From NCBI GenBank assembly GCA_031409955.1, contig JANNYF010000338.1, positions 592 to 64,591 on the forward strand: 64,000 bases of DNA. Direction: 5' to 3'. Below are positions 51,410-61,436 of the stretch, in pieces. The DNA is from Blastocatellia bacterium. GTDB taxonomy: Bacteria > Acidobacteriota > Blastocatellia > RBC074. Below the pieces are notes generated by a model. The model did not search any database, was not told the origin of the DNA, and was given only the letters and a program-made list of their open reading frames with translations. The position numbers and the translations under genes were made by a program. Within the stretch, counting starts at the first letter, position 1. Each line of letters begins with the position of its first letter.

Positions 51410-51465
51410 CAGGATTTAGGATTTAGAAAGCAATCGCCGTTCCCTAAATCCTAAATCCCAAATCC
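51410..51465. repeat. Short hairpin built from GGATTTA heptamer repeats (caggatttaggatttag ... ctaaatcctaaatcccaaatcc)
   Basis: Read directly; intergenic. Confidence 0.6.
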
Positions 51466-51471
51466 TCGTTC

Positions 51472-52422
51472 CTATTTTCCAAAATATGCCCGATAAAATC
51501 GGCCTGCGACCTGTGCCGCTTCTGTGCCTGTGCCTTCTTTCAAAAAGACGATCAAGCCGATTTCTGGTTTGTCGGCAGGCGCAAAAGACACGAACAACGC
51601 GTTCTCGTCATTGCTGCCGACTTTGCCGGCCACATGTTCGCGCGCGGTTCCGGCGGCCATCGCGGAACCTTCTTCGACCGAGCGCACCAAGCCCTTGCGA
51701 ATGATTTCAAGCGCGCGTTTATTGATCGGAATCGCTGGCGGCGTGATCGTTTGCGAGGTCGTCGCGATAATCGTAGACATCCGTTCGCTGGTGGTCGTGT
51801 TGCTGGCCAGCGAAATGGCTAATTGGGCGAAATGCAATTCATTCGCTTTCATCCCCGCGCCCCGCGCTGTCAAGGCTTCATAATCTGCGCCCGACAGATT
51901 GACCGGAATCGCGGCGGTGATCGGTCGCATTGCAGTTGTCCCGGCATTCACGGATTCCGTGCCGTAGTACATAAATCCAATAATCTGCGCGGCGCGCTTG
52001 AATGCGGCGGGCGGCACTTTTTTACTGAGTTCAGCAAAGAACGCCGGGCACAGTCGCGCCAACGCTTCGGTCACATCTACTAATTCGCCCGCGTCACTGC
52101 ATGGGAGTTTGGTTTGCTCCGTGATGACGCCGGAATCCAGCGCTGCATAAATCGTTACGACTTGCACGATTTCAAAGGGCGAAGTGGTAAATTGCGCATC
52201 CATCCCGCGCGCCACGCGCTTCAGAATGCGCCCATATTGCGGGTCTACAATGACGACTGTGCCCACATTCGTTCCCAATGCTTCATAGCCCATTTGTCCG
52301 TAATCCAGTACGGGCGCAAGTGTCCGCTGCGCAATCGGTGCACGGTAACAGGCAGACCCCAAAGTGAGTCCCAATAAGAGGCCGCACGTAAGTAATCGTC
52401 TGAAGGAATTCGTGGCTTTCAT
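51472..52422 (-). CDS. Lipoprotein with a beta-lactamase/transpeptidase-like fold and a degenerate catalytic motif
   Basis: A lipobox (LGLTLGSAC); SDAG (SDN-like) and KVGS (KTG-like) motifs in order; but the SxxK position reads SPFE, with no lysine. The fold assignment is tentative. Confidence 0.4.
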   Translation of the reverse strand: MKATNSFRRLLTCGLLLGLTLGSACYRAPIAQRTLAPVLDYGQMGYEALGTNVGTVVIVDPQYGRILKRVARGMDAQFTTSPFEIVQVVTIYAALDSGVITEQTKLPCSDAGELVDVTEALARLCPAFFAELSKKVPPAAFKRAAQIIGFMYYGTESVNAGTTAMRPITAAIPVNLSGADYEALTARGAGMKANELHFAQLAISLASNTTTSERMSTIIATTSQTITPPAIPINKRALEIIRKGLVRSVEEGSAMAAGTAREHVAGKVGSNDENALFVSFAPADKPEIGLIVFLKEGTGTEAAQVAGRFYRAYFGK

Positions 52423-52582
52423 GATCTTGAACTACAGCTCTAGGGCTAACCGCTTTTTCGTGTTTGATTGGAGCGGTGCGATACTACAACAGGCGTTCGC
52501 GGAGTGTCTAGCGAAAGGCGCGAGTTTATAATGCCTGACCACGCGCGAATTGATTTTGCCCGGAAAGAATAGGAAGCCAACC

Positions 52583-53362
52583 ATGAACATCACCGCCATC
52601 ATCCCCGCTCGTTACACGTCGTCGCGTTTGCCCGGCAAACCGCTGCTCGAAATCGGCGGCAAGCCAATGATCCTGCATGTCGTTGAGCGTGCGCAAACCG
52701 TCAGTGCTATTAGTCGCGTGATCGTGGCGACGGATGACGAACGAATTTTTCAGGTCGTGACCGCAGCCGGCGCGGAAGCGATGATGACTTCGCCCGCCCA
52801 TCAAACCGGCACAGATCGGTTGGCGGAAGTTGCCGCACAACTGGCCGCCGAAATCATCGTCAACGTGCAAGGCGACGAACCGTTCATTGCGCCTGCCACC
52901 ATCGAAGCCGCGTTGCAGCCGTTGCTCGAAGACGATTCCATCGTGATGGCGACGACGTGTGAGCCTATCCTTTCTGCCGCCGATTTGCTGAACCCCAATG
53001 TCGTCAAAGTCGTGATGGATCGCGCGGGCTTTGCGCTCTATTTTTCGCGGCAGCCCATTCCGTTCCCGCGCGCCGAAGTCCTGGCACATGGCAGCCTCGC
53101 CGCCGCGTTGCAGGCGCAGCCGGAATTGCTTGATCGCTATGCCAAGCACACCGGAATGTATGTGTATCGTCGCGCGTTTTTGCTGGAATATGCACGGCTT
53201 CGCCCCACGCCGCTCGAACAGGCCGAAGCCCTGGAGCAATTGCGTGCCCTTGAGCATGGCTACCGCATCAAGGTGGTTAAGGCCGCACATCGTTCGATGG
53301 GGATTGATACGCCAGAGGATTTGGTCGCAGCTCGAATCCTGCTGGAGACGGAGAGCGCTTAG
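52583..53362 (+). CDS. kdsB: 3-deoxy-manno-octulosonate cytidylyltransferase (CMP-Kdo synthetase)
   Basis: MNITAIIPARYTSSRLPGKPL...GKPMILHV...NVQGDEP matches KdsB throughout; 259 aa. Confidence 0.9.
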   Translation: MNITAIIPARYTSSRLPGKPLLEIGGKPMILHVVERAQTVSAISRVIVATDDERIFQVVTAAGAEAMMTSPAHQTGTDRLAEVAAQLAAEIIVNVQGDEPFIAPATIEAALQPLLEDDSIVMATTCEPILSAADLLNPNVVKVVMDRAGFALYFSRQPIPFPRAEVLAHGSLAAALQAQPELLDRYAKHTGMYVYRRAFLLEYARLRPTPLEQAEALEQLRALEHGYRIKVVKAAHRSMGIDTPEDLVAARILLETESA

Positions 53363-53643
53363 TCTTGCGGTTTCTTACGACCTGGAGCCAAATCGGCCCG
53401 CAACTCATGTTCGCGTTGCTTGGCATTGCGCAACAACATGTCGTAGCGTTTGACTTCATTGCGGGATCGTTCCAACTCTTCTTGCAAGATCGAAACCTCC
53501 GCTTGCAGACGGGCGATCAATTCGATATCACGTTGCGATCTTGGGTCAGTTGCTGAGACTATTTTAAGAACAGAACTCTGTGGCTTTGGGACGGAATCCT
53601 CAAGTGATTCCGGGTTCAAACGCAACTCCTGCATCCAGGTCAC
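53359..53643 (-). CDS. Small coiled-coil protein (hypothetical)
   Basis: Heptad-rich (IELIARLQAEVSILQEELERSRNEVKRYDMLLRNAKQREHEL). It is convergent with kdsB, overlapping its stop by 4 nt. Confidence 0.35.
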   Translation of the reverse strand: MTWMQELRLNPESLEDSVPKPQSSVLKIVSATDPRSQRDIELIARLQAEVSILQEELERSRNEVKRYDMLLRNAKQREHELRADLAPGRKKPQD

Positions 53644-53777
53644 CTCCTCAAAAAATACTTCGATTTACAGTCAATAAGTGTCGTCTAGCGATGAAAACCA
53701 AGGTGGAGTGGTTACAGAACGTTAATCACTTATTTGGCTTTGAATGTCAAGCGGAGCCGTCGCATTTGGCAACTTTT

Positions 53778-56700
53778 TTAGGGAGCTTCGGTCGTAAATT
53801 CTTCTGCCGCCGCGACTGGGTCGGGCAACGGAGCGGGCTGAGAAATCCATTCATACAAGGTCGGTAGCACGAACAACGTCAACAATGTCGAGGTGATTAA
53901 TCCGCCAATGACGACGGTTGCCAACGGTCGCTGCACTTCGGCTCCCGGCTGCGTCGAGAGCGCCATCGGGATGAAGCCGAGGCTGGCGACCAAGGCCGTC
54001 ATTAGCACCGGACGCAGCCGCGAACTCGCCCCATCCAATACGGCTTTGTGTACGGAAAATCCTTGCTCTCGAAGCTGATTAATGTAGCTCACCATCACTA
54101 CGCCGTTCAGCACTGCGACGCCAAACAACGCAATGAAGCCTACTGCCGAAGACAAGCTCAAATTCAAATCGCGCAGCCACAACGCCGCGACGCCGCCCAC
54201 CAACGCAAACGGCAGGTTCACGATAATCAACGTCGCATATTTCAGCGAATTGAACATGGAGTAGAGCAATAAAAAGATTAGCAGGATCGCCAGCGGCACC
54301 ACAATGTACAACCGTTTCATCGCGCGTTGCTGGTTTTCAAATTCGCCGCCCCACGTCACGTAATAGCCCGTCGGCAACTTGATGTCTTTTGCGATGGCGG
54401 CTTGCGCCTCGGCCACGAAGCTGCCGATGTCGCGCCCGCGCACGTTAGATTGAATCACGATGCGGCGTTGCGCGTCTTCGCGGTTCACGACCTCTGGCCC
54501 TTCGGCGGTTTTGATCGAAGCCACTTGCGCGAGCGAAATGCGTTCGCCGTTGGGCGTCGGCAACATCAGGCTCAAAATCGCCTGATTGTCGCGGCGAATG
54601 GCTTCAGGCAAACGCACAACCACGTCAAATCGTTTGCGCCCGTCAATGACTTCGGTTGCGACTTTGCCGCCAATAGAAGTTTCGATCACTTGCTTGATGT
54701 CTTCGACGTGCAAGCCGTAGCGCGCCATCTCTGCTCGCTTAATTTCAATTTGGATTTCTGCCGCGCCGCTCAGCGCCTCGACCTGCACATCGGCGCTGCC
54801 CGGCACGCGTTCCAGCACACGCCGGATGCGCTCTGCCGTGCTTTCGAGCGCGTCGAAATCATCGCCGAACAATTTGACGGCTACATCCGCGCGCACGCCG
54901 GAAATCACTTCGTCCATCCGCATTTCCAGCGGTTGCGTGAAGTTGTAGGCAACGCCGGGAACGGTCTGCAATTTCTTATCAAATGCCTCAATCAACCCTT
55001 CGCGCGTATTTGCCGTTTTCCATTCCGCTACCGGTTTCAGCACCACATAAACATCACCCTGATAGACGCCCATCGTATCGGTGGCCAGGTCAGGTCGCCC
55101 CAATTTGGTGACGACGTTTTTGACTTCGGGAAATTCAAGCAGCGCCTGTTCGACCATCCGCGATATGTCTACGGCTTGCGTGAGGCCGACCGAAGGCAAG
55201 CGACGCGTTTCGATCAGAAATTGACCTTCGTCCAGCTTGGGCATAAATTCCGTGCCGAGCCGACTCATCGAAACCAGCGTCACGGCAACGAGCATAATTG
55301 CCAGCCCAACGGTCAACACGCGCCAACGCATCACCGTCTGCAACATCCGGCGATAGACGCGTTGCACAAACAGCATGACCTGTTCGTGGCCACCGTGCTG
55401 CACCGGCTTGAGCGCCAAAGAGCCGAGCGCCGGAACCAGCAGCAAGGTCAACACCAGCGCGCCAATCAACGCACACACGACTGTCAACGCCATCGGACGA
55501 AACATCCGCGCTTCGAGTCCTTCGAGCGCGAACAATGGCAAGTAGACAGCGATGATAATGGCGATGCCGAACACAATCGGGCGGCTGACTTCCAGCGCAG
55601 AAAAGCGAATCACCGAACGCCGCTCCTGCTTTTGTAATTTGCCCGCCACGTTCAAGCGGCTGATGAAGTTTTCAATCATCACGACTGCGCCATCTACAAT
55701 CAATCCAAAATCAATCGCGCCCAGGCTCATCAAATTCGCAGTCAGGCCAAACGCCTTCATTCCAATGAACGCAATCAACATCGAAAGCGGAATCACTACC
55801 GCCACAATCAACGACGCGCGCACGTTCCAGAGAAACAGAAACAGCACCGCGATGACCAGCAATCCGCCTTCGATCAGGTTCGTCGCCACCGTGCGAATCG
55901 TGCGATTGATGAGGTCAGTCTGTTCATAAAACGGCGTGAGCTTGACGCCCGCAGGCAACGATTGCGCAATTTGCCGAAAGCGTTCGTGTACCTTTTCGAT
56001 CACGTTTTTCGAGCTTTCGCCTTTGCTCATAATCACCATGCCGGACACCACTTCGCCTTGCCCGTCTTTGCTCACCGCGCCTTGCCTGACAGCGGAGCCG
56101 ATTTCCACCGTCGCCACATCTTTCACCAACACCGGCACGCCCGCAGCCGATTTGATAACAACATTGCGAATCTCTTCTTCAGCCTGTGCTGCGTCAAAAC
56201 GTCCAAGGCCGCGCACGGTATAGCCTTCCGCGCCGCGTTCGATGTAGCTACCGCCAAAGTTGGCGTTGTTCGTCGCCAACGCCTCGTACACATCGCGCAA
56301 CGTGAGCTGATATGCCGTCAGCCGTTCCGGGTTTACCGACACGTGATATTGCTTCGTCAATCCGCCCCACGAGTTGACATCGTTGACGCCGGAGATCGTG
56401 CGCAACTGCGGTTTGACGATCCAATCGTGCAGCGTGCGCAATTCCATCGCGTCCATATTCTTGCCTTCGATGACGTAATGACTGATTTCGCCAAACGGCG
56501 TCGCGGGCGGGCCGAGCGCAGTTTCGACGCCTGCGGGCAAGCGGTTGCGTGCTTCCTGCAAACGTTCGTTGACGAGCTGCCGCGCGAAGTACGGATCAAT
56601 GCTGTCGTCAAACACAATCGTTACGACCGAGAGCGCAAACTTGGAAATCGAACGCACCTCTTCAGTTTTGCGCAACCCCATCATCGCGCTTTCAATCGGG

Positions 56701-56900
56701 TAGGTGACGAGTTGCTCGACCTCCGCTGCCGCCATCCCCGGCGCTTGCGTGAAGATGTTGACCTGATTGTTGGTGAGATCAGGATACGAATCAATCGGCA
56801 GAGTGGTGAGCGCGTAGAAGCCTGCGCCCGCGAGCAGCAGGACAAACACGAAGACGAGGAGCCGTTGGTTGAGTGAGAATTCGATGAGTGCGCGAATCAT
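53778..56900 (-). CDS. RND efflux pump, heavy-metal-efflux (CzcA/CusA) family
   Basis: 1040 aa with 12 transmembrane helices and two large periplasmic loops. The N-terminus MIRALIEFSLNQRLLVFVFVLLLAGAGFYALTTLPIDSYPDLTNNQVNIFTQAPGMAAAEVEQLVTYPIE is typical of the heavy-metal-efflux group. Confidence 0.88.
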   Translation of the reverse strand: MIRALIEFSLNQRLLVFVFVLLLAGAGFYALTTLPIDSYPDLTNNQVNIFTQAPGMAAAEVEQLVTYPIESAMMGLRKTEEVRSISKFALSVVTIVFDDSIDPYFARQLVNERLQEARNRLPAGVETALGPPATPFGEISHYVIEGKNMDAMELRTLHDWIVKPQLRTISGVNDVNSWGGLTKQYHVSVNPERLTAYQLTLRDVYEALATNNANFGGSYIERGAEGYTVRGLGRFDAAQAEEEIRNVVIKSAAGVPVLVKDVATVEIGSAVRQGAVSKDGQGEVVSGMVIMSKGESSKNVIEKVHERFRQIAQSLPAGVKLTPFYEQTDLINRTIRTVATNLIEGGLLVIAVLFLFLWNVRASLIVAVVIPLSMLIAFIGMKAFGLTANLMSLGAIDFGLIVDGAVVMIENFISRLNVAGKLQKQERRSVIRFSALEVSRPIVFGIAIIIAVYLPLFALEGLEARMFRPMALTVVCALIGALVLTLLLVPALGSLALKPVQHGGHEQVMLFVQRVYRRMLQTVMRWRVLTVGLAIMLVAVTLVSMSRLGTEFMPKLDEGQFLIETRRLPSVGLTQAVDISRMVEQALLEFPEVKNVVTKLGRPDLATDTMGVYQGDVYVVLKPVAEWKTANTREGLIEAFDKKLQTVPGVAYNFTQPLEMRMDEVISGVRADVAVKLFGDDFDALESTAERIRRVLERVPGSADVQVEALSGAAEIQIEIKRAEMARYGLHVEDIKQVIETSIGGKVATEVIDGRKRFDVVVRLPEAIRRDNQAILSLMLPTPNGERISLAQVASIKTAEGPEVVNREDAQRRIVIQSNVRGRDIGSFVAEAQAAIAKDIKLPTGYYVTWGGEFENQQRAMKRLYIVVPLAILLIFLLLYSMFNSLKYATLIIVNLPFALVGGVAALWLRDLNLSLSSAVGFIALFGVAVLNGVVMVSYINQLREQGFSVHKAVLDGASSRLRPVLMTALVASLGFIPMALSTQPGAEVQRPLATVVIGGLITSTLLTLFVLPTLYEWISQPAPLPDPVAAAEEFTTEAP

Positions 56901-57180
56901 GGGAAATCAGGAAATCAAAAAGCAAATATCAAAAGGCAAAAGTAACCGGCTAGGCGTTCGGGATAAGTCGCTCGCCGAACCAGCAGCATTATCCACTGTC
57001 CCTTCTTCATTCTCCCTTGCATGCACAGATGGTTCAGCAGGCGTTGTTTCTGCATATAGGGGACAAGGAAAAATGGACAATTGATAATACTGCCGTCGCT
57101 CTTCTGCTTGGCTCGTTACAACGAAGCAAATATCGCAAGCACGGCAACCAACCAATCCCGCTCATCCTTCCCGCCTGAAT

Positions 57181-58464
57181 TTATTCTTCTTCCAACGAAG
57201 CTTTCAAAAATTCGGTCTTGATAAAAAAGCCGCCCTTCGTCACCACGCGTGTCCCAGCTTCTAAGCCTTTCGTGATCTCAATGAACTCGCCTTGTTCGCG
57301 CCCCAACTCCACGACGCGCTTTTCAAACGCATTGTTTTCGAGCGCGACGAACACGACTTTTTCGCCGTTGATTTCCTGCACCGCAGCGCGCGGTACAGCC
57401 AATGTTGATGCGGTTGTGCCGCCACTGATCTGCATCGTCGCGTACATTTCCGGGCGTAGATTGCCGCGCGCATTGTTGACCAAACAACGAACCTGCACGG
57501 TGCGCGTATCGGGGTTGAGCGACGTGCCGATGTGAACGACTTTGCCGCTGATCATGGCATCGCCAAGCGCGGGAACTTTGAGGCTGACGGCTTGTCCGAT
57601 CCGTGCAAACGCGGCTTGGGCTTCGGGGACTTCGGCAATAGCCCAGAGCGTTGAGATGTTGGCGACTTCCATTAAATCTGCCGCATCGCTCACGACGGAG
57701 CCTTCGGTCACGAGGCGTTTCGTGACGATGCCGGAGAGCGTCGAATGGATGGCGACTTCGTCGGGCGCGTCCTGATCTACGGCTAAATGTTCAAGGAATT
57801 CGGCGGCGCGTTCGAGTTCCGCTTTGACCAATTCGATTTCGGCTTTGATGGCGATGACGTGCGCGTTGGCTTGATCTACCTCGCGTTTGGCGATGGCTTT
57901 GGCGGTGAACAACCGTTCGGCGCGGTCGGCTTCGGCGGTTGCAAACGCGAGGGCTTTTTCTTTTTCAACCAACGTGGCTTTGGCTTTGGCGAATGCGCCG
58001 CGTGCATCCGTCAATTCGTGGCTGTGAATGTGAACCAGCGTTTGGCCTTTGCGCACGTGGTCGCCGACTTTGGCGAAGATATGCACGACACGCCCGTTAA
58101 CAAAAGTTCCGATGCGCGCCACTGCATCATCGTTGAGCGCCAATCGCCCTGTCGCCGTCAACACTTGTCCGAGCGATTGAGCGGAGACTTCGGCGGTTTC
58201 GATGCCCGCCCGCTTGAGCGCTTCTGGCGAAAGCTCGACGCGATTGGTTGCATCTTCTTTCTTTTCATCAGTGGCTGCAGCAGGCTTGGCTTCCGTCGTT
58301 GTGGCAGCGGACTCCGTGCGCTTCGGCAGAAACCACCAACTCAACAAGCCGAGTGCGATCACGCTCAAAATCGCCAATGAAATCAGCGTTGTTTTGCGGG
58401 TTGGTTTCGGCGCAGCATCGCTCTCAATGGGCAAGGATTCGATGCTGCCGGGTTCTTCGCTCAT
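57181..58464 (-). CDS. Efflux RND periplasmic adaptor (CzcB/CusB-like)
   Basis: Transmembrane anchor, a coiled-coil hairpin, lipoyl-like and beta-barrel domains. It is translationally coupled to both neighbouring genes. Confidence 0.8.
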   Translation of the reverse strand: MSEEPGSIESLPIESDAAPKPTRKTTLISLAILSVIALGLLSWWFLPKRTESAATTTEAKPAAATDEKKEDATNRVELSPEALKRAGIETAEVSAQSLGQVLTATGRLALNDDAVARIGTFVNGRVVHIFAKVGDHVRKGQTLVHIHSHELTDARGAFAKAKATLVEKEKALAFATAEADRAERLFTAKAIAKREVDQANAHVIAIKAEIELVKAELERAAEFLEHLAVDQDAPDEVAIHSTLSGIVTKRLVTEGSVVSDAADLMEVANISTLWAIAEVPEAQAAFARIGQAVSLKVPALGDAMISGKVVHIGTSLNPDTRTVQVRCLVNNARGNLRPEMYATMQISGGTTASTLAVPRAAVQEINGEKVVFVALENNAFEKRVVELGREQGEFIEITKGLEAGTRVVTKGGFFIKTEFLKASLEEE

Positions 58465-59753
58465 GGTTTGGTTCCTTCGACAATTTCTCGGCGCGGCAAT
58501 TGTTCGATTCCGGCGGCGCGCTCCAACTCGTGAATTGCTAATTGATAATCGGCGAGCGCCTGAAAATACAGTTCCTGCGCTTGGGTGCGCGTGCGTTGCG
58601 CGTCAATCAAATGCAGCAAATCGGTTGCGCCTTCTCGATACGCGGCGAGTGAAACCTGTTGCGATTCGTCGGCATTGCGCAGGAATTCCGCGCGTAAGGC
58701 TGCGATTTGCCGTTCATTGGCTTCGACCGTGCGGCGTGCAGCAGTGAGTTCCGCCAACACGACTGCGCGTTCAAATCGTAACTCCGCTTCGACCATTGCG
58801 ACTTCAGCTTCTGACCGCGCGATGTTGCCTTGATTTTTGTTGTAGAGCGGCAGCGGAATGGTCAACGCACCGTACAGCGCATTGTCTGCGCCGTTGCGTT
58901 TGTAGCCGAATGAGGCAGTCAAATCCGGCCTGGCGTTGGCGCGTTGCACTTGCAGCAGCGCGCGTGCTTTTTCCAAACGCGCCTCGACGGTTTTGATGTT
59001 AGAGCGCCGCAGTGCTGCATCTTGCAGTGCGGTTGCGTTCAGCGAGACGTTTTTGAAGTCTAGTCGTTCTGCCAAATCGAAATCCGCCTCGAAGGATGAA
59101 TCGCCCATCGCTTTTTGCAAGGCAATTTTGGCGCGGTCATATTCGATCATCGCTTTGCGCACGCTGTAATCAATGCGTTGCGCTTCGAGCCGCACTTTGA
59201 TGAGGTCGCCTTCCGCCGTGTAGCCCGCCTGTACGCGCACTTCGTTGAGCTTCACCAATTGCCCCAGTTGATTGATATTTTCGCGCAACAATTCAATGCG
59301 CTCACGAGCGATGGCCGCGTGTTGATATGCGACTTTGACTTCGTAGACTAACTGTCGTTCCACTGCTTCAGCTTCGATTTGTGCGACTTCAACTGCGCGT
59401 TCGGCAGCAGCACGGCGCAATTCTCGTTTGTTGCCGCGCTCGATGGTGTGCGAAAAATACGCGAACCAATCCATTGTCCGTTTGAACCCGAAGCCACCCT
59501 CCGGCGGATCCAGCGGAATGTTTTCGCCACTCACGGTAAACGTCGGATTGGGTTTCAGCCCGGCTTCAAACAACTCGCCTTCAAACATAGCAACGCGCTG
59601 TTTGGCCACGATGAGCAGCGGATGATTTTGCCGCACGCGTTGTACCGCCGCGCGCAGCGTGAGCGATTGTGCTTCAGCCCAACCCGCGCCCAGCAGCCAG
59701 CATCCCGTGAGGAGCACGATCTTTCGTGACACTACTGATAATTGACGAATCAT
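58461..59753 (-). CDS. Outer-membrane efflux protein (TolC/CzcC family)
   Basis: Signal peptide (start set at MIRQLSVV) and two OEP repeats with coiled-coil alpha-helices and beta-strands. Confidence 0.75.
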   Translation of the reverse strand: MIRQLSVVSRKIVLLTGCWLLGAGWAEAQSLTLRAAVQRVRQNHPLLIVAKQRVAMFEGELFEAGLKPNPTFTVSGENIPLDPPEGGFGFKRTMDWFAYFSHTIERGNKRELRRAAAERAVEVAQIEAEAVERQLVYEVKVAYQHAAIARERIELLRENINQLGQLVKLNEVRVQAGYTAEGDLIKVRLEAQRIDYSVRKAMIEYDRAKIALQKAMGDSSFEADFDLAERLDFKNVSLNATALQDAALRRSNIKTVEARLEKARALLQVQRANARPDLTASFGYKRNGADNALYGALTIPLPLYNKNQGNIARSEAEVAMVEAELRFERAVVLAELTAARRTVEANERQIAALRAEFLRNADESQQVSLAAYREGATDLLHLIDAQRTRTQAQELYFQALADYQLAIHELERAAGIEQLPRREIVEGTKP

Positions 59754-59802
59754 TGCGCGCAGAGTGTACCGATTGGAAGATGAACGGACAATGAACAAGC
59801 CT

Positions 59803-59984
59803 GCTTTGTGTGGAGAACGCGGAGCGCCTGGGAGCGCAGGCGTCTCGCCTGCTGGTTTGCGAGCGAGAGCGATGCAAACCACCGTGTCAGGGAATTTGCT
59901 GAAGATGAAGTGCGTGCCTCGCCACGCACGCGAGCGGCGTGGCACGCGCTCGCGGCAGGCGAGACGCCTGCGCTCCCAGGCGCT
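59803..59984. repeat. Large nested palindrome: 38-40-bp outer inverted repeats (gagaacgcggagcgcctgggagcgcaggcgtctcgcctgc / gcaggcgagacgcctgcgctcccaggcgctccgcgtttct), enclosing further GC-rich hairpins
   Basis: Read directly. It lies between the kinase stop (60009) and the outer-membrane efflux protein start (59753). Confidence 0.7.
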
Positions 59985-60008
59985 CCGCGTTTCTGGTGCT
60001 CACACTGG

Positions 60009-61436
60009 TTAGCGCGGCAATTCCACAATAAACTCGCTCCCGATTCCAGGGCGACTTTCCAATCGTACTGTTCCTTGATGCGCTTCGGCGACCCATTTCA
60101 CGATGGGCAAGCCCAGCCCGCTGCCACCTTCGGCGCGTGAGCGGGCTTTATCTACGCGATAAAAACGATCAAAGACTTGCGCGGCAGCTTCGGCAGGAAT
60201 GCCGATGCCATTATCAATGACGCTGAGCTTGACGTGGGTGGGCGTTTCGCTGAGTTCGATTCGTACGCTTCCGCTGATGGGCGTGTATTTGATGGCATTA
60301 TCCAGCAGATTCAAAATCATGCGCCGCAGCAATTCTTCATCCGCGCAACATTCGATGTCGGGCAACGATTCGCACTGCACTGAGATATTTTTGCTGGCGG
60401 CCAGCGTTTGCACAGCCCGACAGCACTCTTCGATCAAGTCATTGATGTACAGCTCTTCGCGTTGGAGTGGATGGGCACCCGCATCCGCGCGCGCCAGCGC
60501 CAGCATATCGTCTACGATGCGGGATAAGCGCCGGGCCTCATCGCGGACAATCGCCAATGTTTCCTGATATTCGATGGAGGTGCGTGGCTGCGACAACGCG
60601 ACATCCGCTTCGCCGCGAATGATGGCCAGCGGCGTGCGTAATTCGTGCGAAGCGTCTGCCGTGAATTCACGCAAGCCGGCGAACGAACGATTCACACGTC
60701 CCAGCAGGGCATTGAAGACATTTGCCAATCGCCCCAATTCATCGTGCTGATTACTGACTTGCAAGCGTTCGTGCAAATTGTGGGCATTGATGCTTTCGGC
60801 CTGTTCGGACATCGCCGCAATCGGAGCCAGACTTTTCTTGGCCAGAAAAAAGCCCGCGATGGCCGCAATCAATAGCATCAGCGGCAGGCTGAGGTAAAAA
60901 ATGCGGCGCATCGTTTGGAGGTGTTGCCGTATCTCTTCCTGCGATTGCGCAACGACGACGAAAACCTCGGTGTTGTCGCCCTCCGCTTTGGGAATGAGCA
61001 TCACTGCCAGCCGTCCGCCAGCCGTTCCAAAACCTTTGACCGTTTGCAGCACAGGCGTTTGTTTGGCTTGAGCTTCCTGCAACCACGCCGCCACAATGGG
61101 TTCCTGAATCACTGGCTCACTGGTGGGCATAGACATTTCGTCGTAGTAATTTGCCCCCAACTGCTGCTGTGTCGTGAGCAGCGCCATATACGTGTTGTGC
61201 GGGCGGAATTCGATCAACGTGTGTGCGGTGGCGACGATGGCATTGTTTTGATTTTCGAGCATTTGCCCTTGGAAGCCAGCGGCGGCTGTGCGGGCATCGT
61301 TGATGACCGATTGGTCAAGATGCTGATGCAGTTCGCGCGCCAGCAATTCGTACAACAAAAAGCTGAAGGTGACCAGCAAGACTGCAAAAATCAATACCGA
61401 CCAAACCGTGAGCCGCATTCGTACGCTATTGAACAT
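60009..61436 (-). CDS. Heavy-metal-type sensor histidine kinase (two transmembrane helices, periplasmic domain, HAMP, HisKA, HATPase)
   Basis: The H-box TADASHELRTPL is the CusS/CzcS-type signature. G-boxes DNGIGIP and GGSGLGL are present, and it overlaps the regulator gene by 11 nt. Confidence 0.85.
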   Translation of the reverse strand: MFNSVRMRLTVWSVLIFAVLLVTFSFLLYELLARELHQHLDQSVINDARTAAAGFQGQMLENQNNAIVATAHTLIEFRPHNTYMALLTTQQQLGANYYDEMSMPTSEPVIQEPIVAAWLQEAQAKQTPVLQTVKGFGTAGGRLAVMLIPKAEGDNTEVFVVVAQSQEEIRQHLQTMRRIFYLSLPLMLLIAAIAGFFLAKKSLAPIAAMSEQAESINAHNLHERLQVSNQHDELGRLANVFNALLGRVNRSFAGLREFTADASHELRTPLAIIRGEADVALSQPRTSIEYQETLAIVRDEARRLSRIVDDMLALARADAGAHPLQREELYINDLIEECCRAVQTLAASKNISVQCESLPDIECCADEELLRRMILNLLDNAIKYTPISGSVRIELSETPTHVKLSVIDNGIGIPAEAAAQVFDRFYRVDKARSRAEGGSGLGLPIVKWVAEAHQGTVRLESRPGIGSEFIVELPR

